Assembly: GCA_002269645.1 (NCBI GenBank)
Contig: NIVC01003891.1
Coordinates: 7,191 to 71,190, forward strand
Reading direction: 5' to 3'
Length of the DNA: 64,000 bases
DNA from: Macrostomum lignano
Taxonomy: Eukaryota
Positions 21,518 to 33,107 of this stretch are shown piece by piece. The notes under the pieces are model-generated. The model was not told the DNA's origin. It searched no databases and saw only the letters and a list, made by a program, of their open reading frames with translations. Position numbers and translations under genes: made by a program. Numbering within the stretch: position 1 is the stretch's first letter; each line of letters opens with the position of its first letter.

Positions 21518-24500
21518 ATGAGCTTCGCCAGCCAGGAGGCGAGTCCCGTAAAGCCCAGCCTGCTGACCGTGGTGAACTCGCACAAAATTCTGCGGGCTCG
21601 TCAGTCCACTTTCACGCCAGACGGCCTGCAGCGCCTGCGCCAGTTCGGGCTTGAGGCCGCCTGCGGCTGCGCCCGCTGCTGCGGCGCCAACGGCGGCTTC
21701 GCTTCCCCCGGCGACAATGACAGCTGCGAGAAGTCGCGGGCGAAGTGGCAGCTCCAGCTGGAGCCGCGCGACATTCAGCTGCCCGACTTCGCCTGCGAGG
21801 TACGACAGCAGCCGGTGGATGAAGATGATGAAGACAACCATGCTGACATCGGCGAGGACGCCGACGTGGACGCGGAAGTCGCTGATAGCCGCCGACTCGC
21901 CGTCCTGGCCGACTGCTTTCTGCTGCTGCTGCGCGCCGGTCCCCGCGCCGCGGCTGCCGTCGGGGACCTCGCCGAGCAGGCCGAGCTGGGACTCTGCCGG
22001 GCGCACTGGACGGCCATCGTTGCCTCGGCGGATTCCGTCATGCACGAGGCCACCGTCTGCCTTCGAGGGGTTCGGCTTGAAGCTGCCGACGGTCCCCTCG
22101 GCGGCTGGGTTCGCCTGGCTTGGCCCGGCGAGGGATGCCAGCCTGGGGTGCAGCTGGAGCCGCTGTCCTGCAGTGCGGCCACCCTGCTGGAGCTGCTGCT
22201 GGCCGCCAGCCAGCTGGACGCCCGCGGCCTACTGGCCCAGCTGCCGCCCGAGCCCGGCCTGATGGCCCTCGCCGCCGCTGAATTCCAGGCCGGCAGCAGC
22301 TCGCAGCCGCACTCGCCAGTTTCGATGCCGCACCCGCCGACGCTGATGCTGCCGCTGGTCAGCCAGCAGTCGGCGCAGGCCGCATCGGCCGCCGGCCAGC
22401 TGCCGCCGCAGTCGCCGCACGCGCAGGCCTCGACGCTGCTGCAGTCGCCTCTTGGCCAGCAGCCGCGGTCGCCGCGGTTTTTCAAGCGCAAATTCGACTC
22501 GCTGTGGGCCTTCTTCGGCACCGGCGGGGCGCCGGTCGCCCAGCCGTCGCGGATGTTCTACGCGGCGCTGAGCCGGCCGGAGCTCGAGTCCTGCCTGCAC
22601 GTGGCGCGGAAGCCGCGGGCGCGCCGGCAGAAGCTCTGGTCGGTGCTGCACACCCGGACGCTGTACTTTTTCAAGCAGCGCTCGGCCGCCTGCAACGCCG
22701 AATTCGAGGTTGACCTGGAGAACCTCACCGGCCTGGAGGTCACCGAGGACGCGGCGGCCAAGGATGCGGCCAGGCGGGACCCGCTCTCACCCTGCGGCCT
22801 GCGCACGGTCACCCTCCGGTTCTCCAACTCGAAGAAGTGCGTCTACCTGACCCCGCTGGACAAGTTCGACCTGCGCCGCTGGGTTGACAGCTTTGAGCGT
22901 CTGTTGAACGGCGCTAGCGGCGGCGGCGGCGGCTCGGTGGGCACCCCGGATGAGGACGCGGCTGGCCGCCTTCAGGCGCGGCGATTGTCCGGCCTGAGCA
23001 ACTCCTTCCACAATCTGTCCTCGGCCGGGGCCAGCCGGCCGGCTTCTCCGCCGTCCATGGCGGCCGGCGGCACGGCGGGTGCGGGCGGCGGGGCTGGAGG
23101 CGGCGGCGGAGGCGGCGCCGGCGGCGGCAAAGTGGCTGGCAAAGACGGCCGGCTCGGGGTGCCCTCGGTGAGGAGGGCAATCAGGCCTGTAAACTTTTGA
23201 CAGATTAGCGTTAATCCGGTATAATTAAGGTCTTAAAAAGAGCCGGGGGTAAACGGCGAGAGTAACTATGACCGTAATTGGTTTGTACGTGCGTAAAATA
23301 CTTCTTCATCCAATGAACTTTTCAACGGTAATTTTTTTGCAGAATCTGAACAATCGAGAAATGATGGCTTCCTGCAACAATTTAGATGAGCTGAGCGGCC
23401 GGCGTGAGTTACAATAATACCTGCGTAGTTTTTATCTTTCGATATGTTTCGTATTCTACTTTATGGGCTGTAAAACTAACACTTCTAGTAAAAGTGAGCA
23501 TAGGATACCCTGGATATCCCACAGCGCATGTAATGAACCAATACCCCATCTCATGGAATACCTGAGCTCATGGAATACCCCAGCTCGTGGAATACGGCAC
23601 CGGCTCGAGGAATACCCCAGCTCATGGAATACCCCAGCTAGCTCGTAGAATACCCCAGCTCGAGGAATACCCCAGCTCGTGGAATACCCCAGCTCGAGGA
23701 ATACCCCAGCTCGTGGAATACCCCAGCTCATGGAATACCCCAGCTCGAGGAATACCCCAGCTCGTGGAATACCCCAGCTCGTGGAATACCCCAGCTCGAG
23801 GAATACCCCAGCTCATGGAATACCAACAGTTCAGAGTTTGCCGCCTCCGCAGAGTCCCCAGTCCGCAAGTTCAGTCCTGTCAGCCAGGCCGCCCTGCTGA
23901 GCCATCCGGACGGCGCCATGGCGGGCATGCCGATGCCCATCATCACGGTGAACTGCAGCGATGATCTCAGCCCGCAGAGAGACTGCGACGATGAGGAGCA
24001 GGAAGAGGAGGACGCCGACTGCCAGGTCGGTTGGGGATCGGCTGCCGCGAACTCGATTCTACTCTCCCATCTACTCTCCCATCTACTCTCCCATCTACTC
24101 TCCCATCTACTCTCCCATCTACTCTCCCATCTACTTTCCCATCTACTCTCCCATCTACTCTCCCATCTACTCTCCCATCTACTTTCCCATCAACTCTCTC
24201 ATCTACTCTCCCATATACTCTCCCATGTACTCTCCCATCTACTCTCCCATCTACTTTCCCATCTACTTTCCCATCTACTTTCCCATCTACTCTCCCATAT
24301 ACTCTACCATCTACTCTACCATCTACTCCCCCATCTACTCTCCTATTTACTCTCCTATTTACTCTCCTATCTACTCCTATTTACTCTCCCATCTACTCTC
24401 CTATTTACTCTCCCATCTACTCTCCCATCTATTCCCCTATCTACTCTCCCATCTACTTTCCCATCTACTCTCCCATCTACTTTCCCATCTACTCTCCCAT

Positions 24501-26044
24501 CTACTCTCCTATATACTCTCCCATGTACTCTCCCATCTACTCTCCAATCTACTTTCCCATCTACTTTCCCATCTACTTTCCCATCTACTCTCCCATATAC
24601 TCTCCCATCTACTCCCCCATCTACTCTCCTATCTACTCTCCTATTTACTCTCCTATTTACTCTCCCATCTACTCTCCCATCTACTCTCCTATTTACCCTC
24701 CCATCTACTCTGCTATTTACCCTCCCATCTACTCTCCCATCTATTCCCCTATCTACTCTCCCATCTACTCTCCCATCTATTCCCCTATCTACTCTCCCAT
24801 CTACTCTCCCATCTATTCCCCTATCTACTCTCCCATCTACTCTCCTATTTACTCTCCCATCTATACTCCTTCCATCTATTCTTACCATCTACACTCCTAT
24901 CTAATCCTCTCATCTACTCCTCCCATCTACTCCTCCCATCTACTCTTCCTATCTACACTCCCATCTAATCTTCCCGTGGGTTTATACTTATCTGTCGTGG
25001 TGTTATATCACTCAATTCTATCACTCTACCACCATACTTTCGCTCTGCTCACCCAATGATATAAAAAACAATGCCAGTTTTTGTACCCCTTCTATACCCC
25101 TTCATCTGCAGCTAAAGAAGCTGGAAATCTGGCGTTCCTCATCCGAATCGGTCGACCAGCTCACGCCGGAGGAGATCGCCGAGCTGAGACGGCGTCGAAT
25201 CTCCACGGAAATTCAGGTGAAAGATGGGTCAGAGTGATGAGTCAGAGTGATGTGTCAGAGTGTTGGGTCAGGAAGATGGGTCAGAGTGATGTGTCAGAGT
25301 GATGTGTCAGAGTGTTGGGTCAGGATGATGGGTCAGAGTGATGGGTCAGGAAGATGAGTCAGGAAGATGAGTCAGAGTGATGTTCAGAGTGATGGGTCAG
25401 GAATATGGGTCAGGAAGATGGGTCAGAGTGATGGGTCAGAGTGATGGGTCAGAGTGATGGGTCAGAGTGATGTTCAGGATGATGGGTCAGAGTGTTGGGT
25501 CAGGGTGATAGGCCAGAGTGATGTTCAGAGTGATGGGTCAGAGTATTGGGTCAGAGTGATGGGTCAGAGTGATGTTCAGGATGATGGGTCAGAGTGATGG
25601 TCAGGATGATGGGTCAGAGTGTTGGGTCAGAGTGATGGGTCAGAGTGATGGTCAGAGTGATGGGTCAGAGTGATGGTCAGGATGATGGGTCAGAGTGTTG
25701 GGTCAGAGTGATGGGTCAGAGTGATGGTCAGAGTGATGGGTCAGAGTGATGGTCAGAGTGATGGGTCAGAGTGATGGTCAGGATGATAGGCCAGAGTGAC
25801 AGGCCCTAGCCTCCATGAGCACCCACCTAAGACAATGCAACAATTATTGCAGCTGCAAAGCCTGCAGTCGGAGATCAAGAAGCGCGAAGAGCACCTGTCA
25901 GCGAAGCAGCTGCAGGCCTTGAACGTGCAGATGTCGGACATGTACGAGGACATCCAAGAGCTCAGCACAACGCTGGCCAAGGTGCAGCGAAAGCGGGGAT
26001 CGGGTGGCGGCTTCTTTGCTAACTTGAAAAAGAAAAGCTTCTAA
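21518..26044 (+). CDS. PH-domain protein with C-terminal coiled coil (proposed exons 21518-23167, 23343-23403, 23835-24025, 25112-25216, 25853-26044; ~732 aa)
   Basis: The 560-codon GC-rich ORF contains a PH-like segment ([18 protein letters not shown]...[11 protein letters not shown]...[12 protein letters not shown]...[13 protein letters not shown]). Downstream GT-AG exons join in phase (0,1,0,0) and end [45 protein letters not shown]...KKKSF*. The exact acceptors of exons 3 and 5 are uncertain. Confidence 0.75.
23540..23825. repeat. 17-bp minisatellite (GGAATACCCCAGCTCGT), intronic
   Basis: Tandem copies ending just before the exon-3 acceptor. Confidence 0.92.
24055..24965. repeat. 12-bp minisatellite (CTACTCTCCCAT), intronic, degenerating 3'
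   Basis: Tandem copies seen directly. Confidence 0.95.
25225..25800. repeat. ~13-bp minisatellite (GTCAGAGTGATGG), intronic
   Basis: Tandem copies with GTCAGGATGATGG variants. Confidence 0.92.
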
Positions 26045-26294
26045 AACTGTCAGAGTCACTCTGCCGCTCACTCCGGCTGTCATTCCGATAGTCACTCTGA
26101 CAGTCACTCCAAAGAATTGAGTTGCAGAGAGGCATTGGGTGTACAAACAAATATACAGGCAGCAGTTAGATGGAGGAGGGAATTGTAGAATTCACAGACA
26201 TACATGCGAGTAATTTAAAGACATGCATACATTAGAAAGAGATTCTATATAGCTATGTATACGCATACATAATTGAGGGAATTTATCGGCATAA

Positions 26295-26645
26295 GATAGA
26301 CACAGATAGACATTAGGGACAGACAGGCATTAGACACAGATAGACATTCGGGACAGACAGGCATTAGAGACAGATAGACATTAGGGACAGACAGGCATTA
26401 GACACAGATAGACATTAGAGACAGACAGGCATTAGACACAGATGGACATTAGGGACAGACAGGCATTAGACACAGTAGACATTAGGGACAGACAGGCATT
26501 AGACACAGATAGACATTAGGGACAGACAGGCATTAGACACAGATGGTCATTAGAGACAGACAGGCATTAGGGACAGATAGACATTAGGGACAGACAGCCA
26601 TTAGACACAGATAGACATTAAGGACAGGGGCAGACAGACATCAGA
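26295..26645. repeat. 34-bp dimeric minisatellite (GACACAGATAGACATTA-GGGACAGACAGGCATTA)
   Basis: Two related 17-mers alternate. Confidence 0.9.
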
Positions 26646-27294
26646 CACAGGAATATATAAGCATAGCCGCAGATGTATATATTGAATATATGGACAGTCG
26701 GACATTCGATCAAGGCATTACATGCAGACTCAGATAGACTTTATACGAAGATTCCAGTGAAGAGATCGAAAGCAAGAGAAGGCCGGCATGGTTCAGTATG
26801 ATATATCATGCTCTATACTGTGTCGCGAGCCTCTCTCTTTGACAAGTCGGCTCAAAGCGCTGCACGACTGAGGACTCTTGGGATGGGATGCCAGAAGGGG
26901 TGCGGGAGGTTCCTTGACTTCTCTTGCTGCTTCTGTGAGCAGAATCTGAAGTGGGAGCAAATATAGCGCTGATCCTGCCCTATCCCAGTCCTCTCTCCCA
27001 CTGTGGATACCGACTCAGTCTGCTCACTCATGCTGTGCCGGATCTAAATGAATTGACACTTTCTTTGTCTTAATTCTACTGCGAATATACGTTCGTACAT
27101 GTTACAAGCTCCCTTACCCTAAAGCTCTTGTCTTGCACTGTTATAAATACACAACCGCATTGCGAACAAAGTGAACATTAATACTATCATTGTGAGTTAA
27201 TCACGATGTACTAAATTTCAGTGTTTGACTCGTATTAAATTTATCTGTGATTTAGCACGTATGTGATCAACATCTAGCATGTACATGTACATGT

Positions 27295-28000
27295 ATGTTA
27301 TCCAGCATGTCCCTGGCTCCCATCCAGCATGTCCCTGACTCCCATCCAGCATGTCCCTGGCTGCCATCCAGCATGTACCTGGCTCTCCAGCATGTCCCTG
27401 ACTCCCATCCAGCATGTCCCTGACTCCCATCCAGCATGTCCCTGACTCCCATCCAGCATGTCCCTGACTCCCATCCAGCATGTCCCTGGCTGCCATCCAG
27501 CATGTCCCTGACTCTCATCCAGCATGTCCCTGACTCCCATCCAGCATGTCCCTGGCTGCCATCCAGCATGTACCTGGCTCTCCAGCATGTCCCTGACTCC
27601 CATCCAGCATGTCCCTGGCTGCCATCCAGCATGTACCTGGCTCTCCAGCATGTCCCTGACTCCCATCCAGCATGTCCCTGACTCCCATCCAGCATGTACC
27701 TGGCTCTCCAGCATGTCCCTGACTCCCATCCAGCATGTCCCTGACTCCCATCCAGCATGTCCCTGACTCCCATCCAGCATGTCCCTGACTCCCATCCAGC
27801 ATGTCCCTGACTCCCATCCAGCATGTCCCTGACTCCCATCCAGCATGTCCCTGACTCCCATCCAGCATGTCCCTGACTCCCATCCAGCATGTCCCTGACT
27901 CCCATCCAGCATGTCCCTCTTACCTGACTCCCATCCACCATGTCCCTCTTATCTGACTCTCATCCAGCCTGTCCCTCTTACCTGACTCTCATCCAGCCTG
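27295..28000. repeat. 22-bp minisatellite (CCAGCATGTCCCTGACTCCCAT)
   Basis: Tandem copies seen directly. Confidence 0.95.
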
Positions 28001-28402
28001 ATCATGACTCATCTGGGAGACACACTGTGCCCCCAGGCAGTTTAAAAGTGGCCTGTTAGGCATTGGTGCCCCAAGCTAATATTTATCTTTTGTTAGACTA
28101 AAAAATTTTACATTCGTTCTCTATTTGCAGTAGTATAGCGCGGTATCTCGAACCAATCTACCAATGTTATTTAATATTTATTTAGGTTTCCCAAAGTCAT
28201 TTGAATTCCTTTTTGCAATGGATTCTTGATAGTACTCTCGAAGAAGTTCTCAATTGAGCTGCCAAATAAATTATTTCAACCAGCCTGAAATCTGCATCAT
28301 GCAAACTGAAGTTGCTGGGACTGCAGAGTTGTGACTTTCGTGAAGCACAATAACTCATTGTGACCTGGTGAGTGGCACGAAATTCATACTTCATTTTATT
28401 AG

Positions 28403-28760
28403 TGTCAAGTCGCGCCCAGTAAACGATGACAAGGCCGCCCGTGGGCTTGGTTTGAGTCAAGTACGAAGTTGTGTATTTGAGATGAGCGAATTATTGCAAT
28501 GATTGTGAGATACGAGGTGGTAGGTGGCGAGACCAATATATAGGCTTAAAAGACAACAAGTAAGTGGGCTTAAAACTCAGAATCGATCACTACTGAATAT
28601 TATCATGTCAAGGGGGAGAGAGAGAAAAAGTACGCAGAGCAGCGTACACCGGAGTAGGCCGGTTTGGTTAGTTAGGCTGGCTGGCTAGTTAGAGTTACTC
28701 ATAATTGGACTCAGGTGAGTCAGGTGCAGTGCAGTACATCAAAACACGCCCGGCACCTCA
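28403..28760 (-). repeat. 3' LTR
   Basis: Direct repeat of 32679-33036. Confidence 0.96.
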
Positions 28761-31700
28761 TCTCCCCCCTTCGAATCGCAACGGGGGCACGCCTCGATTC
28801 GCTCGGAGGTTGTAGCTCGGTCTCTGAGCCGTAGTCGCCTTGTCAGTTCCGGCTCTGCTCTCCGCTAAGCGGTTGTGGCCACCGGACTCGGGAGTACTCG
28901 GGACTGAGCTCGCCGCCGGCTGGTTCTCCACCTGCTCTGACGTGGCCGAGACCGGAGGTCCGTCGCTGCCGGGCGTCACTGTTGGCAGGTCGGCGGGCTT
29001 CGCCGCCCCCTCGGAGCGGAGGTTGCCGTTCAGGTCGGTTGTCGCAGTCGCGCCGCCCTCATTGTTGTCAGGCTCGTGTCGCCGAAGTTGGTCAAGGTGG
29101 GCGAGTGTGACTCTGTTGCCTTGTCGCACGATCAGCGCCGTGTTGGATCCCTTCTGCGCTAGGAATTCTGCCTTTTCCGGGATCGCGCCTCTCCTTGGGG
29201 CGTACCACACCTCGGACCGGATTGCTGTTCTCATGGTGATGGGGTTCCGCAGCTGCCTGCCCATCAGCTGCGCTGGACTGAACTCTCTTCCGGCATGCGG
29301 CACGCATCGGTAGTTTAGCAGAATCCGCGCGAGGAACGCGTCGTACGACTCCTGCTGGTCCCAGCCCGCCGAGGCCACCTTGATCGTCTGCACCATGCGC
29401 TCAGCCAGGCCGTTCGACTGGGGGTGGTATGGCGGAGTTTTCACAGCGCGGCAGCCAATTCTGCTCAGCCAACTCACCAACCCTTCATCATGAAATTCAG
29501 CAGCATTGTCACTCACCAGGGTTCGGGGAACTCCATTGCGGGCGAAGACCTCCTGGAGGACCTTCCTGACGGTCGCGGCGCTCTTGTCCGGCACTCGGAC
29601 GGCCTCCGGCCAGGCGGACATGGCGTCGACCAGGACCAGCAGGAGCCCGACCTTTGGGACGTGAGCGTGGTCCATGTGGACGCGTCCCCAGGGTTCAGAG
29701 TCGGCCGGCCATTGATGGACGCTGCTGTGGCCGCTTTGGCGTTGCTTGGCGCAGGTGTGGCAGGCACGGACGAATCCTTCCACGTCGCCGCAGTAGCCTG
29801 GCCACCAGACGGAGTTGCGGACCAGCGCTCGTGTGCTCGAGGCACCGGGGTGCGCCCCGCTGTGTACCAACTCCAGGACGCGGCTTCGCAAAGACGAGGG
29901 AATGACTGGCCGGTCTCCGTAGCACACTACCGAGTCGTCTATTGTAAGCGCGTGACGAATTGCCTTGAAGGGCCGCTCTGCAGGGGAGCAGCCCGACCAG
30001 CGATTTCCGGCTATCCTGCGCATGACATCTGCTAGCAGCCTGTCACGTTTTGTCTCCTCTGCTAGCTCATTCCAACCAATGACGCTTTCACCAGCCCAAT
30101 GCACCAGGTGGTGGTGGTGAGTCGCAGCTTCAGCCTGGTCGTCCGGAACGTCGGCAAAGTCGAGCCGGGAGAGCGCATCGGCGTGCGGAATTTGGGCTCC
30201 TCGGACGTACTCAATTGCGAAGTCGAACCCCATGAGGCGGATGGCCCAGCGAAGCAGTCGAGCGTTGGCGACCTTGGGGAGTTGTTGTCTTGTTCCAAAC
30301 AGGAACTCTAGAGGGCGGTGGTCCGTTCGCAGTGTGAAACGCTTGCCTAGAAGGAACTGTCGAGCCCTCTCCATCGCCCAAACAATCGCCAGAGCCTCCC
30401 GCTCGATGTTGGAGTAGCGCGCCTCCGCCTGTGTCAATCGCCGGCTGAAGTAGATGACGGGGTGCCCTTCCTGCGTGAGCACGGCGGCCACCGCCTTTTC
30501 ACTGGCGTCTGTCGTCAGCGTTGTCTCTTTGGCTCGGTCATAAGGCTGGATGATCGGGCCGGAGCTCAGCAGCTTCTTCAGCTGGTGGAAGGCCGCTTCT
30601 TGCGCAGCTCCCCACACAAACTCCGCTCCCTTCTTGCGCAGCTGGTTCAAAGGCTCGACAACGTGCGCATAGTTGTTGACAAACCTTCCGAAGAAATTGC
30701 AGAGACCAAGGAACGACTCTAACTGGCGACGGTCGCGTGGCGCGGAGATCTCCATGATTTTGCTGACCAGGCCGGGGTCTGGCGAGATTCCGTCTGCGCT
30801 GATTCTGTAGCCCAGGAACTTGACTGTCTTGGCCCCCAGGTTGGATTTGGCGAGATTTATATTCATGCCGGCCGCCTGTAGGGTCTTGATTACTTCATCA
30901 ACTTTGGCCTTGAGACCCTCGGCAGATTGACCTCCGATAAGGATGTCGTCTTGATAAATGACCTTGCCGCTTACGTCCTCGAGGGTGGTCTCCATTGCCT
31001 TTTGAAAGATGGCGGATGCTGACTTGAGGCCAGGCACTAGTCGGGTGTAGCGGAACAGCCCTAAAGGAGTTGCAATCGTGGTGACCTCCCTGCTCTTCTC
31101 CTCGAGCTCGATCTGTAAGTAGGCGTCAGATAGGTCGAGAGTGGCAAAGTCAGTCATTCCGGCAACGTCCGAGAAGATCGTTTCGACGGTTGGCATGGGG
31201 TAGGTGTCCCCGCACACCTGATGGTTGACCCCCGCTTTGTAGTCGGCGCAAATTCTGACATTGCCATTAGGTTTTAGGACGCAGACGATCGGGGACGCCC
31301 ATTCGCTGCCGCCCTCCGTCACCGGCTCGATGATGCCCTCAGTCACGAGACGCTTTAGCTCCTGATTGACGCGGTCACGCAGGTGCAGCGGCACTGCTCT
31401 GGCTGCGCAGTAGAAAGGCTTGGCACCCTCAATCAGCTTGATCCTGGCCTGGAAGCCTTTCAGACAATCGAGATGTTGAACTACGGAATCCTGAGCACTG
31501 GCTGCCTGGCCTTCGGGGTTCCAATCCAGATTGTCAAGACCCAGCAGTCCATGTGACTTGCGCGCTGCTGTGACCACCAAGTCGACTGTGCGGAACTTTT
31601 CTTGGTCATCCCACGTGGCAGTGAACTCTCCCAGGGTTCTTATGATCGATCCGTCGAACTGTCTCAGAATTCGTCTGGATTTCCTCAGTGCTGGGCATCC

Positions 31701-32678
31701 AAGTGTCTCCCAGTGGCCCCGTGGAATGAGACTCACATCAGCGCCCGTATCTACCTGCATTTGCAGCTCCTTGCCGTTGATTTTTACCTGCCGGAAGATG
31801 CCGTTCCGCTCTCTGCGCTTCGGTCTGATGACGAAGACGTTGGCAGTATCTCGCTCCATCTCGGCGCCTTCGTTCTCCTCCCAGGTCTCTAGATGCACGG
31901 TGCGGGACCTGCATACGGCAGCGAAGTGGTTTTTCTTGTTGCAGGCGGTGCACCGCTTGCCGAACGCAGGGCATGCGCCTTGCTGGTGCAAACCGCCGCA
32001 ATATTGGCACTTCGTCTTGCTGATGTTCCTCGGTGGTCTGGTGTCCGGCGCTGGCTGTGGGGGCGTGCCGCGCCGCCCTGCATAGGCGATGCTGGCCTCG
32101 GTGTTGGCAGCGGCCCCGGTGCTGGTGTTGTAGCAGCGGATTTGCTCAAGTTGCTCAAGTGTTTGCAGCACCTCGTTCAGCAGCATGTCGGTAGCTTGCA
32201 TTCTCTCCAACAGTCTATGTTTGTGGTCCACAGAGGCGAGTCCGTCCACGAGCCGCATGGTGATGAGCTCGTCCTCGCTTGACTGTTTCGTCCCGAGCTT
32301 CTCAAAGCTACACGTAGCCGCTGCTGCACGGAGTCGGCGGTAGTAGGAGGCGACACTTTCGCTTGGGTCCTGCCTGAGGGCGAGGAATTTTGCTCGTTCG
32401 GCAATATCGAGGCGCTTCTTGGGCCGGATTGTCTCCTTGATGATGTCTCGAATTTGTTCAAATGTTTTTTTCTCCAGGCTGGTCGGGGCAGCCATGAGGG
32501 ACAGCGTTCTCAGTGCCTTGAGACCTGCCCTGGCGAGGAATAGATCGGTGATCTGCCGATCTTCTTCTGTGTCCGTCAGTTTCTTGGTTCGTGCGGCAGC
32601 CGCAAAGCTGAGCAGCCAGGCTTCGGCTGTGTCTGGGTCATCCAAGTTTAGTTCGGAGTTGTTTGCTTGCGACGCCAT
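28758..32678 (-). CDS. Gag-Pol polyprotein (single ORF, 1306 aa from ATG 32678)
   Basis: Two Cys/His knuckles (CQYCGGLHQQGAC, CTACNKKNHFAAVC), protease VDTGAD, RT YQDDILI, RNase H TDAS..., integrase HxxxH..CHTC and DxxSxW/SDNAAEF/NGLAER. The order PR-RT-RH-INT indicates Ty3/gypsy. Confidence 0.96.
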   Translation of the reverse strand: MASQANNSELNLDDPDTAEAWLLSFAAAARTKKLTDTEEDRQITDLFLARAGLKALRTLSLMAAPTSLEKKTFEQIRDIIKETIRPKKRLDIAERAKFLALRQDPSESVASYYRRLRAAAATCSFEKLGTKQSSEDELITMRLVDGLASVDHKHRLLERMQATDMLLNEVLQTLEQLEQIRCYNTSTGAAANTEASIAYAGRRGTPPQPAPDTRPPRNISKTKCQYCGGLHQQGACPAFGKRCTACNKKNHFAAVCRSRTVHLETWEENEGAEMERDTANVFVIRPKRRERNGIFRQVKINGKELQMQVDTGADVSLIPRGHWETLGCPALRKSRRILRQFDGSIIRTLGEFTATWDDQEKFRTVDLVVTAARKSHGLLGLDNLDWNPEGQAASAQDSVVQHLDCLKGFQARIKLIEGAKPFYCAARAVPLHLRDRVNQELKRLVTEGIIEPVTEGGSEWASPIVCVLKPNGNVRICADYKAGVNHQVCGDTYPMPTVETIFSDVAGMTDFATLDLSDAYLQIELEEKSREVTTIATPLGLFRYTRLVPGLKSASAIFQKAMETTLEDVSGKVIYQDDILIGGQSAEGLKAKVDEVIKTLQAAGMNINLAKSNLGAKTVKFLGYRISADGISPDPGLVSKIMEISAPRDRRQLESFLGLCNFFGRFVNNYAHVVEPLNQLRKKGAEFVWGAAQEAAFHQLKKLLSSGPIIQPYDRAKETTLTTDASEKAVAAVLTQEGHPVIYFSRRLTQAEARYSNIEREALAIVWAMERARQFLLGKRFTLRTDHRPLEFLFGTRQQLPKVANARLLRWAIRLMGFDFAIEYVRGAQIPHADALSRLDFADVPDDQAEAATHHHHLVHWAGESVIGWNELAEETKRDRLLADVMRRIAGNRWSGCSPAERPFKAIRHALTIDDSVVCYGDRPVIPSSLRSRVLELVHSGAHPGASSTRALVRNSVWWPGYCGDVEGFVRACHTCAKQRQSGHSSVHQWPADSEPWGRVHMDHAHVPKVGLLLVLVDAMSAWPEAVRVPDKSAATVRKVLQEVFARNGVPRTLVSDNAAEFHDEGLVSWLSRIGCRAVKTPPYHPQSNGLAERMVQTIKVASAGWDQQESYDAFLARILLNYRCVPHAGREFSPAQLMGRQLRNPITMRTAIRSEVWYAPRRGAIPEKAEFLAQKGSNTALIVRQGNRVTLAHLDQLRRHEPDNNEGGATATTDLNGNLRSEGAAKPADLPTVTPGSDGPPVSATSEQVENQPAASSVPSTPESGGHNRLAESRAGTDKATTAQRPSYNLRANRGVPPLRFEGGR

Positions 32679-33036
32679 TGTCAAGTCGCGCCCAGTAAAC
32701 GATGACAAGGCCGCCCGTGGGCTTGGTTTGAGTCAAGTACGAAGTTGTGTATTTGAGATGAGCGAATTATTGCAATGATTGTGAGATACGAGGTGGTAGG
32801 TGGCGAGACCAATATATAGGCTTAAAAGACAACAAGTAAGTGGGCTTAAAACTCAGAATCGATCACTACTGAATATTATCATGTCAAGGGGGAGAGAGAG
32901 AAAAAGTACGCAGAGCAGCGTACACCGGAGTAGGCCGGTTTGGTTAGTTAGGCTGGCTGGCTAGTTAGAGTTACTCATAATTGGACTCAGGTGAGTCAGG
33001 TGCAGTGCAGTACATCAAAACACGCCCGGCACCTCA
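32679..33036 (-). repeat. 5' LTR
   Basis: Direct repeat of 28403-28760. Confidence 0.96.
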
Positions 33037-33107
33037 ATTAGTGTTAATGCCGAGCCATCACCAGGCTTCCGTGAAGGTTATGATTTTTCATCTATATTTT
33101 TACATTT

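Larger units (their letters stand above)
28403..33036 (-). mobile_element. Full-length Ty3/gypsy LTR retrotransposon (Mag-like), 4634 bp
   Basis: Two 358-bp LTRs (28403-28760, 32679-33036), TG...CA on the minus strand, with no differences seen by eye. 5-bp TSD ATTAG (28398-28402, 33037-33041). [15 protein letters not shown] abuts the 3' LTR and PBS-like TGGCGTCG follows the 5' LTR. The ORF is intact. Confidence 0.97.

Noticed and set aside
23918-25059. LLSH, SPIY and STLP repeat ORFs
   Set aside because: Only 23918-24025 is exon; the rest is the 12-bp intronic minisatellite.
27218-27941. MLDGSQGHAGWESGTCW repeat ORFs
   Set aside because: Translations of the 22-bp minisatellite.
28840-32778. 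Antisense and alternative-frame ORFs within the retrotransposon
   Set aside because: Shadows of the GC-rich gag-pol ORF.
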